DNA of 64,000 nt from Octopus bimaculoides (GCF_001194135.2 NC_068982.1:121814064-121878063); one strand, 5' to 3'; positions 12,181 through 24,921 are shown, counted from the first letter of the stretch. Made by a program: numbers and translations. Notes: a model not told the origin generated them from the sequence alone.

Positions 12181-12418
12181 TAGGAAATACTGGTAAATAT
12201 ATGGTTTTGGTGTGGCTTTTCTTCTTTAGTTTTATTCATTTTTCTACAGAAAATTATTTGAACTTTGTAACAAGATTTTCATCAATCAGTAAGTGTGGAG
12301 TTCCATTTGAGTTATTCTAAATTTCAGAATTTCCACTGATCAGCAGATGTAAGTGTTATTGTGATGGTCAGTGTCAATATGAAGAAAGAAGCTAATCTCA
12401 CACACACCTTCTTGTAAG

Positions 12419-12629
12419 CAGGGCCTCTACAAGTGGAATTCAGCCAGTACTTTAGTCCCAGGAGCCAGAGAGCTAAGTAGGGAGCCTATGAATATCTGAA
12501 GGCTCTTCCCTCAGAAATGAAAAATCTCACAGCCCCCTCGAATATTTAAATTCCCATCTCACCTCCCTATATTCCCAGGGCTCTAAAACTGTCATGTTCC
12601 ACCTTGCAAAATTTCCTTTAGATGCTCTG
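12419..12629. mobile_element. hAT-type MITE with 8-bp target-site duplication
   Basis: Starts CAGGGCCTCTACAAGTGGAATT and ends AATTTCCTTTAGATGCTCTG (imperfect TIR). Flanks are cttgtaag (12411-12418) and cttgtagg (12630-12637). Confidence 0.75.
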
Positions 12630-13069
12630 CTTGTAGGGTGAGAGCAGCAGCTTTTATTTTCTCCCAGAATACATCAAACTGATTACCTTCAGCCATTATC
12701 ATTATCTTTTCTCTACCTATCATTATTATAATCATCTTGGTATTCAGTGTATATGAAGGTTTACATAAGTAGTACTATCATAGAAGTACCTGCTTCATTA
12801 ACACTTTTGTAGCTTTATGGTCATTATGCTATGACAGTAATGCTTCTATTACTACTATACTACGAATATTACTACACCTATGCGCAATTGACACGAAGGA
12901 ACCTCTATATGTTGGCTTGGCCTGCTAGAAAAAGCAACCAAATCAACTTAAAATCACACCCTGCAATCATGAAAATAGATATTGTCCATCCAGGTTAATG
13001 TTGGCTTTGTTGCATAATAATTTAAAAAGACAGGATAATCATGATTGAAATACATTTGATTTTAGGTCG

Positions 13070-13619
13070 GTCTGCGAGTCATGTGCTGGTACCATGTAAA
13101 CAGCATTCATGCCAGGGCCACACATGTGCACTTGTGTGGTGCCATATTAAAAGCACCCAGCACATTCTAAAGTGGTTGGCATTAGGAAGGGCATCCCACC
13201 ATAGAAACCAAGCTAAATCATACTGGAACCTGGTGCAGCTCTCCAGCTTGCCAAGTCTGGTCAGACTGTCCAACCTATGCCAGCATGGAAAATTGATGTT
13301 AAAGAATGATGGTTAGTCATAGTCGTGGTGGTTGACAGTACCAGGTAAATGACACCCGTGAATTGTAGTTCTGGTCATTGATGGTGCCATGTAAATGGCA
13401 CCCGTGTATCAAAGTCATGGTTTTGCCGGTGTCATGTAGATGGTACCTGTGCCAGTGACATGTAAAAGCACCTATTACACTCCTGGAGTTGCTGGTGTTA
13501 GGAAGGGCATCCAGCCATAGAAACCATGCCAAATCAGACTGGAAACTGGTACAGCTTTCCAGCTTAGCTCCAGTCAAACTATCTAACCAGCTTGGAGAGT
13601 GGACGTTAAATGATGACAA

Positions 13620-13622
<3 letters not shown>
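13070..13622 (+). mobile_element. Two tandem RTE-type 3' ends
   Basis: The block ggcattaggaagggcatcc...gcagctctccagctt...ccatgccagcatggaaa...gttaaa(gat)n occurs at about 13175-13315 and about 13490-13622. Confidence 0.75.
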
Positions 13623-13660
<38 letters not shown>

Positions 13661-13789
13661 CATACATACACACACACACACATAAATGTGTAATGATGTC
13701 TGTCTGTGTTTGGGGTTACTCTAACTCCTCCCATACCATCCAACCAATTTTAATGATTTTTGGCACATAGGTAAATCACATGCCCTGAA

Positions 13790-14060
13790 GTTCAAATAAG
13801 GCCAGAATGTTTCGAAAACTCGATAATGGTCAGTTGGCATCGGTTTGTTTGACTATAACCAGTTGAGCATGTCCCTTTGTGGCTGATGATATGTACATCT
13901 CTGATCATGAGCAGAAGTAGTGAGAGAGTATCATAGCCATGTGTTGAAAGGAATTCCTTGGGGTTTGAGCAATTCACCTTTAGAAACATGGGTGTTTTGT
14001 TCAACATTCTTAAACAACCCTTATTCAGGGACCTTTTGAGCAGGATGGGCTACTTGACCT
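13790..14060. mobile_element. Non-autonomous interspersed repeat (inverted second copy at about 59150-59320)
   Basis: gatatgtacatctctgatcatgagcagaagtagtg here is the reverse complement of cactacttctgctcatgatcagagatgtacatat near 59240-59272. Confidence 0.7.
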
Positions 14061-14125
14061 GAAGAAAATTCTAACTGGGCCCCACCTGCACGGTCATGTG
14101 CTGTTTATTTTGATANNNNNNNNNN

Positions 14126-14160
<35 letters not shown>

Positions 14161-14669
14161 GTATACATCTGTCCTCATGGAGTAAACCTATAATGAACAG
14201 TGTATATATCTTCCAATGGGGATCAAGAAGATCTTGGCAAATTAACTTAGAAGCACCTTCAAGTATGTTAAGCTAACAGGTTACTCCAAAAAAATTATGT
14301 AAACATTCCAGATCATTCAACTGGTTACAGAAATGTGACTTGACACAAAAATGATGAAACATCGATGTCCATCACACCTAAATGGGACCTGGTGCAAATT
14401 ATCTTGCTTGCTTATGACTGACTTGTAGGTGATTTAACACCAGATGCATTGATGAGAATATATTCTCTTATACCTAAAAGCACAGCATACCCACCAACTA
14501 GCAAAACACATGCACTGTGTATGTGTGTTTGATATTGTTTATATATGGTACTGAATGCATGTATCTGTATGATATTGATGGTAATATGAACAAAAACTAA
14601 AGCACTCAGTATTAAAGTACATAATATATCAGAAACAATACATACATTTTGTAACTGGCACATAAAAAG

Positions 14670-14830
14670 CAACCACTGCTCTTATGGAGTGGTTAGCATT
14701 GGGAAGGGCATCTAGCTGTAAAAACCATACCAAATCAGATTGAAACCTGGTGCAGCTCCCCAGCTTTCAGTCAAACCATCCAACCCATGCCAGCATGGAA
14801 AACAGACATTAATTGATGTTGATGATGATG
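14670..14830 (+). mobile_element. RTE-type 3' end
   Basis: Same 3' block and (GAT)n tail as the other copies. Confidence 0.7.
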
Positions 14831-15499
14831 TATGCATGTGCACACTTAATATATGCATGGAAGCTAGTATAAATACAACACAACATATACATTATTTATA
14901 CAAATGTTACTGTCCATTACATATCCCTATGTATACATAGATGTAGCTGAACACATTCATTTAGAAACATTTGTTCATATATTCGTTACCTAAGGTGGGC
15001 TTTGATACTTTCACACAGAATATACCAGATAGTTTTAAATCAATCAACACAAGTAATCTAATACTATTCACATTAAAATTACATCCCCTGAAGAGTAACA
15101 ACTTCATTTGTGGTTGTAAACAAAGGCAGCACTACTGATGATCATCTTTTTTACAAGGCTGTGAAATTGACTGTACATTATGTATAGTTATATTGCTGGT
15201 ATCTTTACATATTTGTTCAGTTAGATGACGGCACTTATAGTTTTAGTAGGTCTGGTAAATAAATATCTATTCCCAGTGTCAAGAGAGAGGTCAATCAACA
15301 TCCCCATAACACCATACAATCTCTCAAGTCTGCCATAACTAGCACTCTGTCCAAGATAAATTGTAATCAGCTTATTCAGATATGTCAATACTTCCAACTC
15401 TGTACTGAAGCAGCCATTGATGCTAATAGTGAATTCATTGAAAAGGGGTAATAAAAGGATTTTCAAGATAATTTGTACCAATTTGATTTCAAAGACAGC

Positions 15500-15840
15500 T
15501 TTTGTTCGATGCACTATGCTTCTTTTTCTAAATTCATACAGATAACCTCAAAAAACTGGCACACCTTGATACACCCACGCAATGTACATGACTGAGCCTG
15601 TGCAGACAATGCTGCTGGAGCAGGGTGAGTATGCTGGGTATCTTGGTACAGTTGAGAATTTTGGTGTCGGTGATGCAGTCGGTCCACTTGACATCCAAGC
15701 TGTGTCTCAAATTACAAAGGTGGAAAACGTTGAAATGCCACTCCTGTCTGGAGTAGAGGCTTCACGTCTCACTGCCATAAAGTAGCATACTAATGATGCA
15801 CACCTTATAGACAGCAATCTGTTTGCAGCCCTGACACTCC
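15500..15840 (-). mobile_element. RTE-1/BovB-like LINE C-terminal fragment
   Basis: The minus strand gives IAVYKVCIISMLLYGSET*SLYSRQE...LRHSLDVKWTD..., the typical RTE C-terminus with stops. Confidence 0.75.
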
Positions 15841-15939
15841 CTTTTGTGCTACAAAATTATCTCATTCTTTCCATACACTATGTCTGTTTCTCTTCTCATA
15901 CTCATGCGACCTATTTGTGTATTGTTTCCTTTTCCCTCA

Positions 15940-16200
15940 TTATTACCTCCGCCTTCACTAAGGTGGAGGTATTGTTTTCAGTCACGTTTGTTTCTTTGTC
16001 CATGGAGAAAATATCTCAAGAACCGCTGCATAGATTCGGATGAAACTTTCAGGGATGTTTGGCCTCAGGACTGGCATGAACTGATTAGATTTTGGGATCA
16101 ATCTGGTACCGGACAAAGATTCGAGATTATTTTTCCGGCTTTTTCACTTAATTTTTGAGAGTGGTCAGGCTCATTTTCAGTATCCTCGTTTGTGAGAACA
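15940..16200 (+). mobile_element. Helentron/HINE-like non-autonomous element
   Basis: Starts ttattacctccgcc-ttcactaa-ggtggaggt (5' hairpin), then gtttgtttc...ggatgaaactttcagg. This resembles non-autonomous Helentron families, recalled from memory. Confidence 0.55.
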
Positions 16201-16239
16201 GTTGAGTTTATTTCAGATATCATCATCATTGTTTAACAT

Positions 16240-16470
16240 CCACCTTCCGATCATTTCAAATGTAACCACATGTGTATCGTTGGCGATTTTCTTCCTCCGT
16301 CTTCCCTTCCTTTGGACTTTTCCTCTATTTCTGAAGAAGGGCTTTGCTCAAAACATTAAATCCTCTTTCCTTCCTTTCCTGAGTGTCTGATAATACAGTA
16401 ATTGTGCTATGTCCTCGCGTTATTGTTTTTTCTTGTTTGTTCTTCTTTGTTTGGATTCACTATATCGCTA
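16240..16470 (+). mobile_element. Penelope-like terminal (pLTR) fragment with decayed hammerhead-like motif
   Basis: CTGAAGA-A-GGGC-TTT-GCTC-AAAAC at 16331-16354. GAAA has become AAAA and ACGT has become ACAT, consistent with CpG decay. Confidence 0.55.
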
Positions 16471-16476
16471 GATAGA

Positions 16477-16507
<31 letters not shown>

Positions 16508-16534
16508 CCAAACGTGTGTGTGTGTGTGTGTATA

Positions 16535-17105
16535 CATGTTGCAGTGAATATATTGTTGTCTAAATTACGCAGAAATGAAAATAACACTGACATCTCATTT
16601 TAACAGATATCTTTACCAAAAGTACATAAAATTATCTTGAAGTACTAAAAAGTAAATGTATTCAATAAAATTACCATTGGCTTCAACCACGGCCTCCAGA
16701 CAACTTCGGAATTTCCTGCTACTCTTTTGGATGGTCTCCTTGTTTAAGTTGATGAATACTGCCATAATTGTTGCCTTCAGTTCATCTTTGTTGTTTCAAG
16801 GAGTTTTGTTGATCTCTCAATCAGCTGCACTCCACACATGATAATCAAGGGGGGTTGCAGTCTGGGGGGTTAGGTGATGTGATCGGCTCTTTGTTCCCAC
16901 TTCCTCTCCTTGACAAAATCGCAGACTACAGCATACATGTTATTACAAAAACATAAATTTCACAACTTGCAAAGTAAACACAGTGATGTCACTTGGCATG
17001 TTGCTTCGTGAAGGTTGCTCCTAGCTCTCACTGTACACATAACTATGTGCTGCCATCTGTTGGTATGCTACAGAACTATTCCAGGAACTTTTTGATACTA
17101 CCTTG
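16535..17105 (-). mobile_element. Chimeric Tc1/mariner relic: maT/Tc1-like transposase C-terminus joined to the 5' end of a mariner family
   Basis: 16650-16880 on the minus strand gives PDCNPLDYHVWSAAD...KDELKATIM...LEAVVEANGNFIE. 16915-17105 aligns with 46150-46329. Confidence 0.7.
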
Positions 17106-17199
17106 TATATATGTATATATATATTTCTATATAAACTCACACACACCATATCAACATCATCATTTAACGTCTGTTTTCCACGCTGGCATGCATTGGACA

Positions 17200-17345
17200 G
17201 ATGTGTGTGTGTGTGTGTGCAAGACTCGAGCATTGTTGAGTGCTCTGCAACCATGTGGTTTTGAGTTTAGTTGCCCTGCAGTGCACCTTGGGCAAGTATC
17301 TTCTACTATAACCCCAGGCTAACCAAAGCCTTGTGAATGGATGTA
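17200..17345 (+). mobile_element. tRNA-derived SINE 5' part
   Basis: caaccatgtggttttgagtttagttgccctgcagtgcaccttgggcaagtatcttctactata, the same family as 58085-58497. Confidence 0.75.
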
Positions 17346-18335
17346 GCAGATGTAGCAGGTAGAGTGCTTGGCACTTTGGCCCAGTACTTTGGTTTTCTTC
17401 AGATTGATAGGCTGAATTCCTGACAGGCCTTTGAAAGTTTGTCCGTGAGGTGCTATATTTGCTCCTCAGAGTGCATTGTCAGTGCTGTGTTATCCATGAA
17501 CAGCATTTCCCTGATGAGTACCTGGCGCACCCTGGATTTTGCTTTCAGCCTTGACAAACTAAACTGTTTACTGTCTGATCTGGTATGAAGGTAGACACCA
17601 TCAGTTGATGTCCCAAATGCATGTTTTAGCATGACTGCAAAGAAGATGCCAAACAGGGTGGAGCCAAGCACACAGCCCTGCTTCACACCACAATGTATGT
17701 TGAATGCCTCCAAAGAAGAGCCATCAAATTGAGTGATGACTTTCATATCAGAATGAAATAATTGGACAATCCTGAGGAGTCTTGAAGGACAGCCAATCTT
17801 GGCAAGGATTTTCAACGGGCTGTCTCTACTGACTAGATCAAAAACCTTTGTGAGGTCAGCGAAGGTGATAAAGAGTGGTTACCTTTGTTTCTCAGCACTT
17901 CTCTTGTAGCTGTTGAAGAGAGATCATGTTGATGGTGGAGCGTTCTGATCTGAAACTGCACTGCGATTCATGGTATACCCTCTTGGCAATTTTCTGTAAT
18001 CCATGTAGGATCAAGCAGGCAAAGGCCTTCCCAACAATCCTTAACAGCAAGATGCTTCAGTAATTATTGTGGTTACTTTTGTTCCTTTTGTTCTTATATA
18101 GGGTGACAATATTGCAGTCTCATATTTTGTGAAATTGTTCCCTCCTCCCAGCACTGACACAGTAGCTTCAGCAAGTGGCTGAGTAGAACTCTCCTTGCAC
18201 ATCTGATGATCTTTGTTGGGATGCTATCCAAAGCCAATGCTTTTTCAATGGGCAAGCTATCAATGGCTCTGTTCAGTTCTTCAGCATTTGGCAGTGTGTC
18301 CAGCTCTTCCATGACAGATGCTTTATGGTGTCTAG
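17345..18335 (-). mobile_element. RTE-1/BovB-like RT domain fragment
   Basis: GVKQGCVLGSTLFGIFF...REMLFMDN (degenerate YADD region), TFADLTKVFD, and the upstream LDTLPNAEEL...KA.G.D.IP segment. Confidence 0.88.
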
Positions 18336-18345
18336 TGTGCTGTCT

Positions 18346-18399
<54 letters not shown>

Positions 18400-18419
18400 T
18401 ACATACATACATACATATA

Positions 18420-18610
18420 TGTTGAGCCATTAATCCCTACACATTTTTTTCTCTCTCTATTTTTTTCTTCTCAGCCCCTTCTGTTGAAGAGCATATGCCT
18501 AAAACATCAAAAACTTTTCCATTCTTCCAGAGCATTGAACTAATACACCTGACTTTTGTTCCTTCACTTGTCTTCATTTTTGTTTTCTGTAAATTTGAAC
18601 TATACACATA
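18420..18610 (+). mobile_element. Penelope-like terminal fragment with decayed hammerhead-like motif
   Basis: CTGTTGA-A-GAGC-ATAT-GCCT-AAAAC at 18481-18505. The flanks align with 48690-48870. Confidence 0.55.
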
Positions 18611-18630
18611 TATGTATATANNNNNNNNNN

Positions 18631-18663
<33 letters not shown>

Positions 18664-18957
18664 CAGCTGCAGCATCTTTTAATGTCTGTCGTTCATGCTG
18701 GCATGGATTTCACAAGATTTGTTATGCTCCAATATGTGGTTTGGCATGGTTTCAAAAGCTGATAGCTCTGCTAATGTCAACCACTTTATAAAGTGCACTT
18801 TTTCTTTGTTTTGTTTTGTTCTTTTTTCCATAGCACCAACACTAGTGAGATCACCATGTATCTTACAAAATTAAGACCCCCTTTGAATGATTGTGACTAC
18901 AGTGGAGAGAAGAAAAACAGCTTTATACATATATATATGTGCATATATATATACATA

Positions 18958-19018
<61 letters not shown>

Positions 19019-19254
19019 GCATATGTATATGCATCATCCCTTCCCTTATACCCCCACCCTTGCTTCCCCCACTCTCTCACCTCCCCTACACCCCAACACC
19101 ACCACATCACACCATCCTGCACACATTAGCACTGACCACTTCCCAGCACCTACACCATCATCCACACACCTACACATACACACACACACATATACATGCT
19201 CTCACATACGCACGCGCACCTTCAGTTCGGGATCACCACTACTTTATTATCTCC

Positions 19255-19640
19255 CTTCTTCCTAGCTCGTGGTTTATCAATGTAAGGTAATGACTAACAC
19301 AGAGGTCTTGCATTACATAGCTTGCTCTTCGTCGCAGATCTCTCAGAGAATCTCTAACCATTACTCAACCTTTAGGGATAGGAATAAAAATAATAGTACC
19401 GGTCTTAGTAAGTTAATCTGGAAACTTAAGTACTGCAATAAACAATTCTCTTTAGAATGGTCAATACTGGCTATCTCAATACCCTATGACAAGGGTAAAG
19501 ATTTTTGTCCTCTCTGTAACTTGGAGCTATTCCACATTCTGTTTTCCAAGAATAATTTAGTGCACTAGATAACACAGAGAGCATTCAGATCCCAGCATTG
19601 AAGGAAACACAACTTCAGCTCGTTTCATTAATTTCATCTT
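19255..19640 (+). mobile_element. Penelope-like element, GIY-YIG endonuclease fragment
   Basis: VYQCKV...HYIACSS...QRISNHYSTFR...STGLSKLIWKLK...EWSIL...CPLCNLELFHIL: GIY-YIG pattern with the PLE CCHH-type cysteines. Confidence 0.85.
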
Positions 19641-20519
19641 TTTTACTAATTTTAGTTTGTTTTTTTTTCACCTACCAACATACTCACTAGTTAACAGCCA
19701 CTTTACATGTGGTATGAACTATCACCCCACTTTGTATTTATTTTTATTAAACTTAGACAATAAATCTCNNNNNNNNNNATTTTTATTAAACTTAGACAAT
19801 AAATCTCCTCCAGTTACCTCCATTTACCCATTTGGTCCATCCCTACAACTTTTCCTTATTGCTTGATGGTTCTCTTAATATTATTCTTATTCTTATCAAC
19901 TCTCTTTGTAGTTTTTTTATCCATTGGATTTATAATTACACTTAAATATATTTTAGTTGATTATAACTTTGTAATTTTTGTTTCCCACTTTTGTAACCAG
20001 ATATGTTAACGCAGCGTCTCTGCATTGTACACACTGGAACATAACTTTAATATCAATTTTTCATTGACATCAATATCTCTTTTAATTTGTCCATCATACT
20101 GCTCCCACTACCTATCCACATAGGTTTTTTCTATTATTATATATATTTTGTTTTAATTGTTTATTCATTCATTTATTAATTTACTTATTTCTTAATAGTA
20201 ATAAATATTTTATTGTAACATATCCATCTCCTTAATATTAATAATAATAACAATAATAGTAATAATAATAAATTTATTTTTTATATTTATAATAATAATA
20301 ATAATAACAGTAATAAGAATAATTACATTATAATATTATCTAAAATAACAATTATATCTAACTCCAGCGCCAGTTGATTACACTCTCTCTCCTTCTCTAG
20401 TTAGTACAGCGAGTTTAACCCTTCAGTGAACTGAAGTATTTGGTAGATAAGATTAAGTTACTTGGGCATGTCTCTGGGCTTCATCAGATAGTTTAGAAAG
20501 TTCATAAGCTTAAGTTATA

Positions 20520-20920
20520 AATATAAATACATACATATATACACACTTTTACATATACATACATATACATAAATATACATAAACACATATGTATATATTT
20601 TTATATGTATATGCATACAAAGGAATCAATTATTATTATTATTAGGTGCATTATATTATTCTTATTAGATAAAGTATAAACAGAGGAAGAGAAAATTATC
20701 AAAAGAGAAATAATAGTGGAATTTAAAAAATCAGTATATCTTAAGATTATTGTAGTTACGTAGGAATGTTTATACTTTATCTAATAAGAATAATATAATG
20801 CACCTAATAATAATAATAATTAATTCTTTGTATGCATATACATATATATATATAAAAATATATACATATGTGTTTATGTATATTTTTATATATGTATGTA
20901 TGTATTTATATATATATGTA
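20520..20920. repeat. Long inverted repeat (about 160-bp arms, 84-bp spacer)
   Basis: About 20610-20682 is a near-perfect reverse complement of 20767-20838, and the AT-rich outer arms continue to match. Confidence 0.9.
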
Positions 20921-20939
20921 TACACACACACATATAACA

Positions 20940-21100
20940 GGCCTCTTTTTGTTTCTATCGATCAAATCAAATCCACTGATAAGGCTCTGGTTAGCTCAGG
21001 GCTGTAGTGGAAGACACTTGCCCAAGGTGTCACGCAGTGGGACTGAACTCCAGACGACATGATTGGGAAGTGAGCTTTTCAGCAACACAGCCATGCTTGC
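20940..21100 (-). mobile_element. tRNA-derived SINE 5' part
   Basis: gaagacacttgcccaaggtgtcacgcagtgggactgaac..., family of 58085-58497. Confidence 0.8.
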
Positions 21101-21823
21101 ACCTTAAAGTACAATGCCTGTTGCACTTTAAGAAAGTTTTCCCGCACTTTCAGTTTCTTTCCTAACACACACACACACACACATATACACACTGACAAAA
21201 ATATTTACTATAAACGTATGGCATTACCCTGTAGCTCATTTTAATTTTTTATTAAACACTAGCTAACTCAAAAGTATATGTGTGCTTGCACATGCATGCA
21301 TACATACACACATGCATGTACACATATACACTCATACTTGGTGACGATGGTATTGATGTCGTAGTTGTTGTTGATGATGACGATGTCAGCAGCAGCATAT
21401 ACACATGAATGCCCAAATACATTCTTCATCACAGACTGTATCATATTTTAGCTAACCCAGTGTATCAGATTTTAACAAATACACATATTTAAGCACCCTG
21501 TCTCTAAATGCAGTCTTACATATATATATCATATACAGTATCTCCATATACTCTATAGAATAGTATAGCAATGAAATAAAACACTGCTAAGACATCAGTA
21601 ATGTGTTAATTGAACTTAGCTCCCAAAAGTGCTTTTTGTGTTGAAATTGGCTTTTCCAATATACTTAATATAGTTAAGCCCAATGTACTTATGCAAAATA
21701 CTTTGCATACACACATACACAAATACACACATGCACATACACACAGACATGCAAAGCCAGAACTATACAAACACAGTTTCAGAGGTTGTGTGAAGTAGCG
21801 AACATGTTACACAAACCTTAATA

Positions 21824-23880
21824 CAGTGGTGCCTTGATTTACGAGTCTAATTCCTTCTGTCACAGAGCTCATAACTCAAATTACTCATATGCCAAATCAA
21901 TTTTCCCCATTGAAATGAATTATGCCATTAATCCATTCTGGGCCCCCCACAAACACCCAGTTGCAACCTTCTCTGGGAGTTTCTTTTGAATAAAGTCTGA
22001 AAGTTTCTCCCACCTTCCTAACATTTCCTTTATTGCACTTGTAGAGATAACCTTCTCCACCTCCTGTGCATCACCTATTTCCTGCAAAACCTCTGTGTGC
22101 TGCTGTGTCTGTAGCTGCTTTAGCTCCTTCGTTGTCAGTTCCTCAGAGTGCTCCTCGATAAGCTCATTGATGTCACCTTCATCCATGTCTAGGCCCATGG
22201 ACTCGCTGAGGGATACAATCTCCTCCACCACTGCCACTTCAGGTTCGAGTCTTTCAAAGTCTGTTTCAGACACAACCTCAGGCCACAGCTTCTTCCACGC
22301 AGAGGTCAAGGTCCTCTTTGTACCACCCTGCCAGGCCATATCAATAATTCTGAGGCATATCACGATGTTACAGGCGAGGTTTGTATTTTTTATCACCTCA
22401 AAGCAGTGATGGAACAGGTGAAGAGCTTCTTGAAATTAGAAATCACCTGCTGGCCCATGGACTGCAGGATAGAGGTGGTGTTGGGTGGAAGGTAGAGAAC
22501 CTTTACAAACTTGAACTTTTTAAGGATGTCATCTTCAAGGTTAGGTGGGTGAGCAGGTGCATTGTCCAGGATGAGAAGGGCTTGCAGGGGTAGGTTATTT
22601 TCCTGAAGATATTTCTTAACGTCAGGACCAATGACCAAATTCACCCACTCCACAAAGAACTGCCTGCTGATCCATGCCCTCAGGTTTGCCCTCCACATCT
22701 GCAGTTTTTCTTTCAGAATCTTATGTGACTCAGAGGCTCTGGGGTTTTCTGAATGATAAACAAGCAGTGGCTTAATCTTGCAGTCGCCACTTGCATTGGC
22801 ACACAGTGCAAGAGTTAGCCTGTCTTTCATGGGTTTGTGGCCTGGCATCCTCATCTCCTCTACTGTTATATAAGTCCTCCTTGGCATCTTCTTCCAAAAA
22901 AGTCCTGTCTTGTCACAGTTGAAGACTTGTTTGGGGATATATCCTTCAGCTGCTATAATTCTGGCAAAAGTTTTGAAGTAATCCTCAACTGACTTCATAT
23001 CTGCGCTTGCTGCCTCACCATGCCTGACAAGGGAGTGAATGCCAGTCCTCTTTTTAAAATTCTCGAACCAGCCCCAACTGGCTTTTAACAGCATGCCCAA
23101 TGCCTCATCCATACAAGTACCTGGGGTCCGCTGCAGCAAATCAGTGTAAATAGCTTGTGCCTTCTTGCAGATTATAGCCTCCATCATGGTATCTCTTGCG
23201 AGTTGATTCTCCATCAAGCACACCATCAGCAGCTTCTCCATATTTTAATGAACAGATGTCTGCTATTTAGAAATTATTTTAATGCCCTTGGCTGGTGTTA
23301 TAGCCTTTATTGACTTCTGCGTCAGTATGTTGCAGATCGTAGAAGTGCTATGCTCGCACTGCTTCACTAAGTAAACTACATGCACACCTTGGTCATGTTT
23401 TTTGATAATTTCTTTCTTTAATTCAATGCACATCATTCGCTTCTCCGCACTGTCCTTTGCACTCTTTCTTCGGACCCATGGTTGAAAAAATGAAGTTTTG
23501 CAAAATAACTACTAACACAACACTGGTGCTTCTGTAGCCTGCAATGACTAAGTAAACATTTTATCACCCGTCTAGCTAACGAGCCACTAACGATCTTCAC
23601 ACTTGCTAACATGCATGTCTGTCTAGTTATCAATCTACTAATGACCTTTGCACTTGCTAACATTGCATGTCTGTCTAGCTGTCGAGGGAGATATGGGAGA
23701 CTGAACAGATGTTATAGCATTCACTGTGGCATTCGCTCTGCCAACTAGCAACGGGGTATCTGAAGCTATCTCGTAACCAGTATTTCAGCTCGCAAATCAA
23801 AACAAAAAAAATTGGCTGAGAGATGACTTGTATCTCAAAAAACTTATTAGTTGGGACATTTGTAAGTCAAGGTACCACTG
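21824..23880 (-). mobile_element. Near full-length Tigger/pogo DNA transposon with disrupted transposase
   Basis: TIRs CAGTGGT(G/A)CCTTGA(T/C)TTAC with TA on both flanks. ORF 22393-23241 has the CENP-B-type HTH (FKASWGWFENFKKR pattern), FNCDKTGLFWK, LILDNAPAHP and PPNTTSILQSMGQ (third D lost). Frameshifts occur on both sides. Confidence 0.95.
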
Positions 23881-24099
23881 TATATAAATAGAATTTCTTA
23901 CAGTGGCACTAGTTAAGTTTTAAAAATGGAAGTTTGTAAACAGACATATAACTGTATATTTAAAAAAAAAAATTTATCAAACACAAACTCACACACATTT
24001 GAGTATAAAATATAATGTCGAACTCATTCGAATTTGAACTCAGAAACAACATGCTCTAAGGCGTTTGTCTTTCTAATTCTCAACAATTTCCATTATCAT

Positions 24100-24360
24100 C
24101 ATCATCATCATCGTTTATTGTCCATGTTTCATAATAGTGTAGGTTGGATAGTTTGACAAGGACCCAGTGGGTCCAAGGACTGCATCGTGCTCCAGTGTCT
24201 GCTTTGGCATGCTTTCTACAGCCTGATACCCTTCCTAATGCCAACCACTCTACAGTGTATATACTGAGTGCTTTTCTCATGACACTAGTGAGATCATCAT
24301 GCAGCTTGCAAACCTATGAGACTCAAGGGGAAGGGTTTTATGATAGCAGTTGAGTGTTAA
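24100..24360 (-). mobile_element. RTE-type 3' end
   Basis: (ATC)n followed by the shared block ...ggcatgctttctacagcctgatacccttcctaatgccaaccactc. Confidence 0.65.
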
Positions 24361-24921
24361 GGTATGAAAGAAATGGGTGAGGCAGAGCAGGTTTTAGTTA
24401 TAGGAGAGCTACATGGATACTCACATTTAGGAGAGAGTTAAAAATGAATCAGTAGTATCTTAGTGGTGATGATAGCATCAATTGGTACAAGGTGAATAGA
24501 AGTGAATGGGTATAGAGAAACTACGAGTGAATAGAGGTTTGCAAAAGTGTGGGGGAATGGGGGGTGTAGGAAATGTCTTTAATCGGGTAGGGATATGGGG
24601 TGGATGCAGGCTGGGGATTGCTAATGGTACCTGAATTGGGAATAATAAGTTCTTTCATTGCTCAAGGCAAGAGATATTGGGACAGGTTACAAAGGAATTG
24701 TTACATAAAAGTCAGATGAATGAAAATAATAGTAAGCAATGTAAACAAAATTATTCACTTGCAACTAAACTCAGAGGAAAACATGCAAATTTCCAACACT
24801 CTGTTCTACTCAATTAAAAAAAATCTGCTATAATTTACCATTAGAACTATAGTTAATTCAGCCCTGATTTCTGTGGAACCCTTTCCCTCAGTACCTTCAC
24901 TACATGCTTAATATTGTTTAA

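Noticed and set aside
18793-19290. YIYI/HTHT-rich ORFs (also 13317-13679, 20798-21062, 47224-47583, 51602-51974)
   Set aside because: Translations of (TA)n and (CA)n microsatellites, with no protein signal.
19740-19810. Direct repeat ttttattaaacttagacaataaatctc on both sides of a 10-N gap
   Set aside because: Typical unmerged contig overlap, i.e. an assembly artefact.
20470-20500. CTGATGA hammerhead-like core on the minus strand at the end of the Penelope region
   Set aside because: No helix II closure or GAAA follows, so at most half a motif remains.
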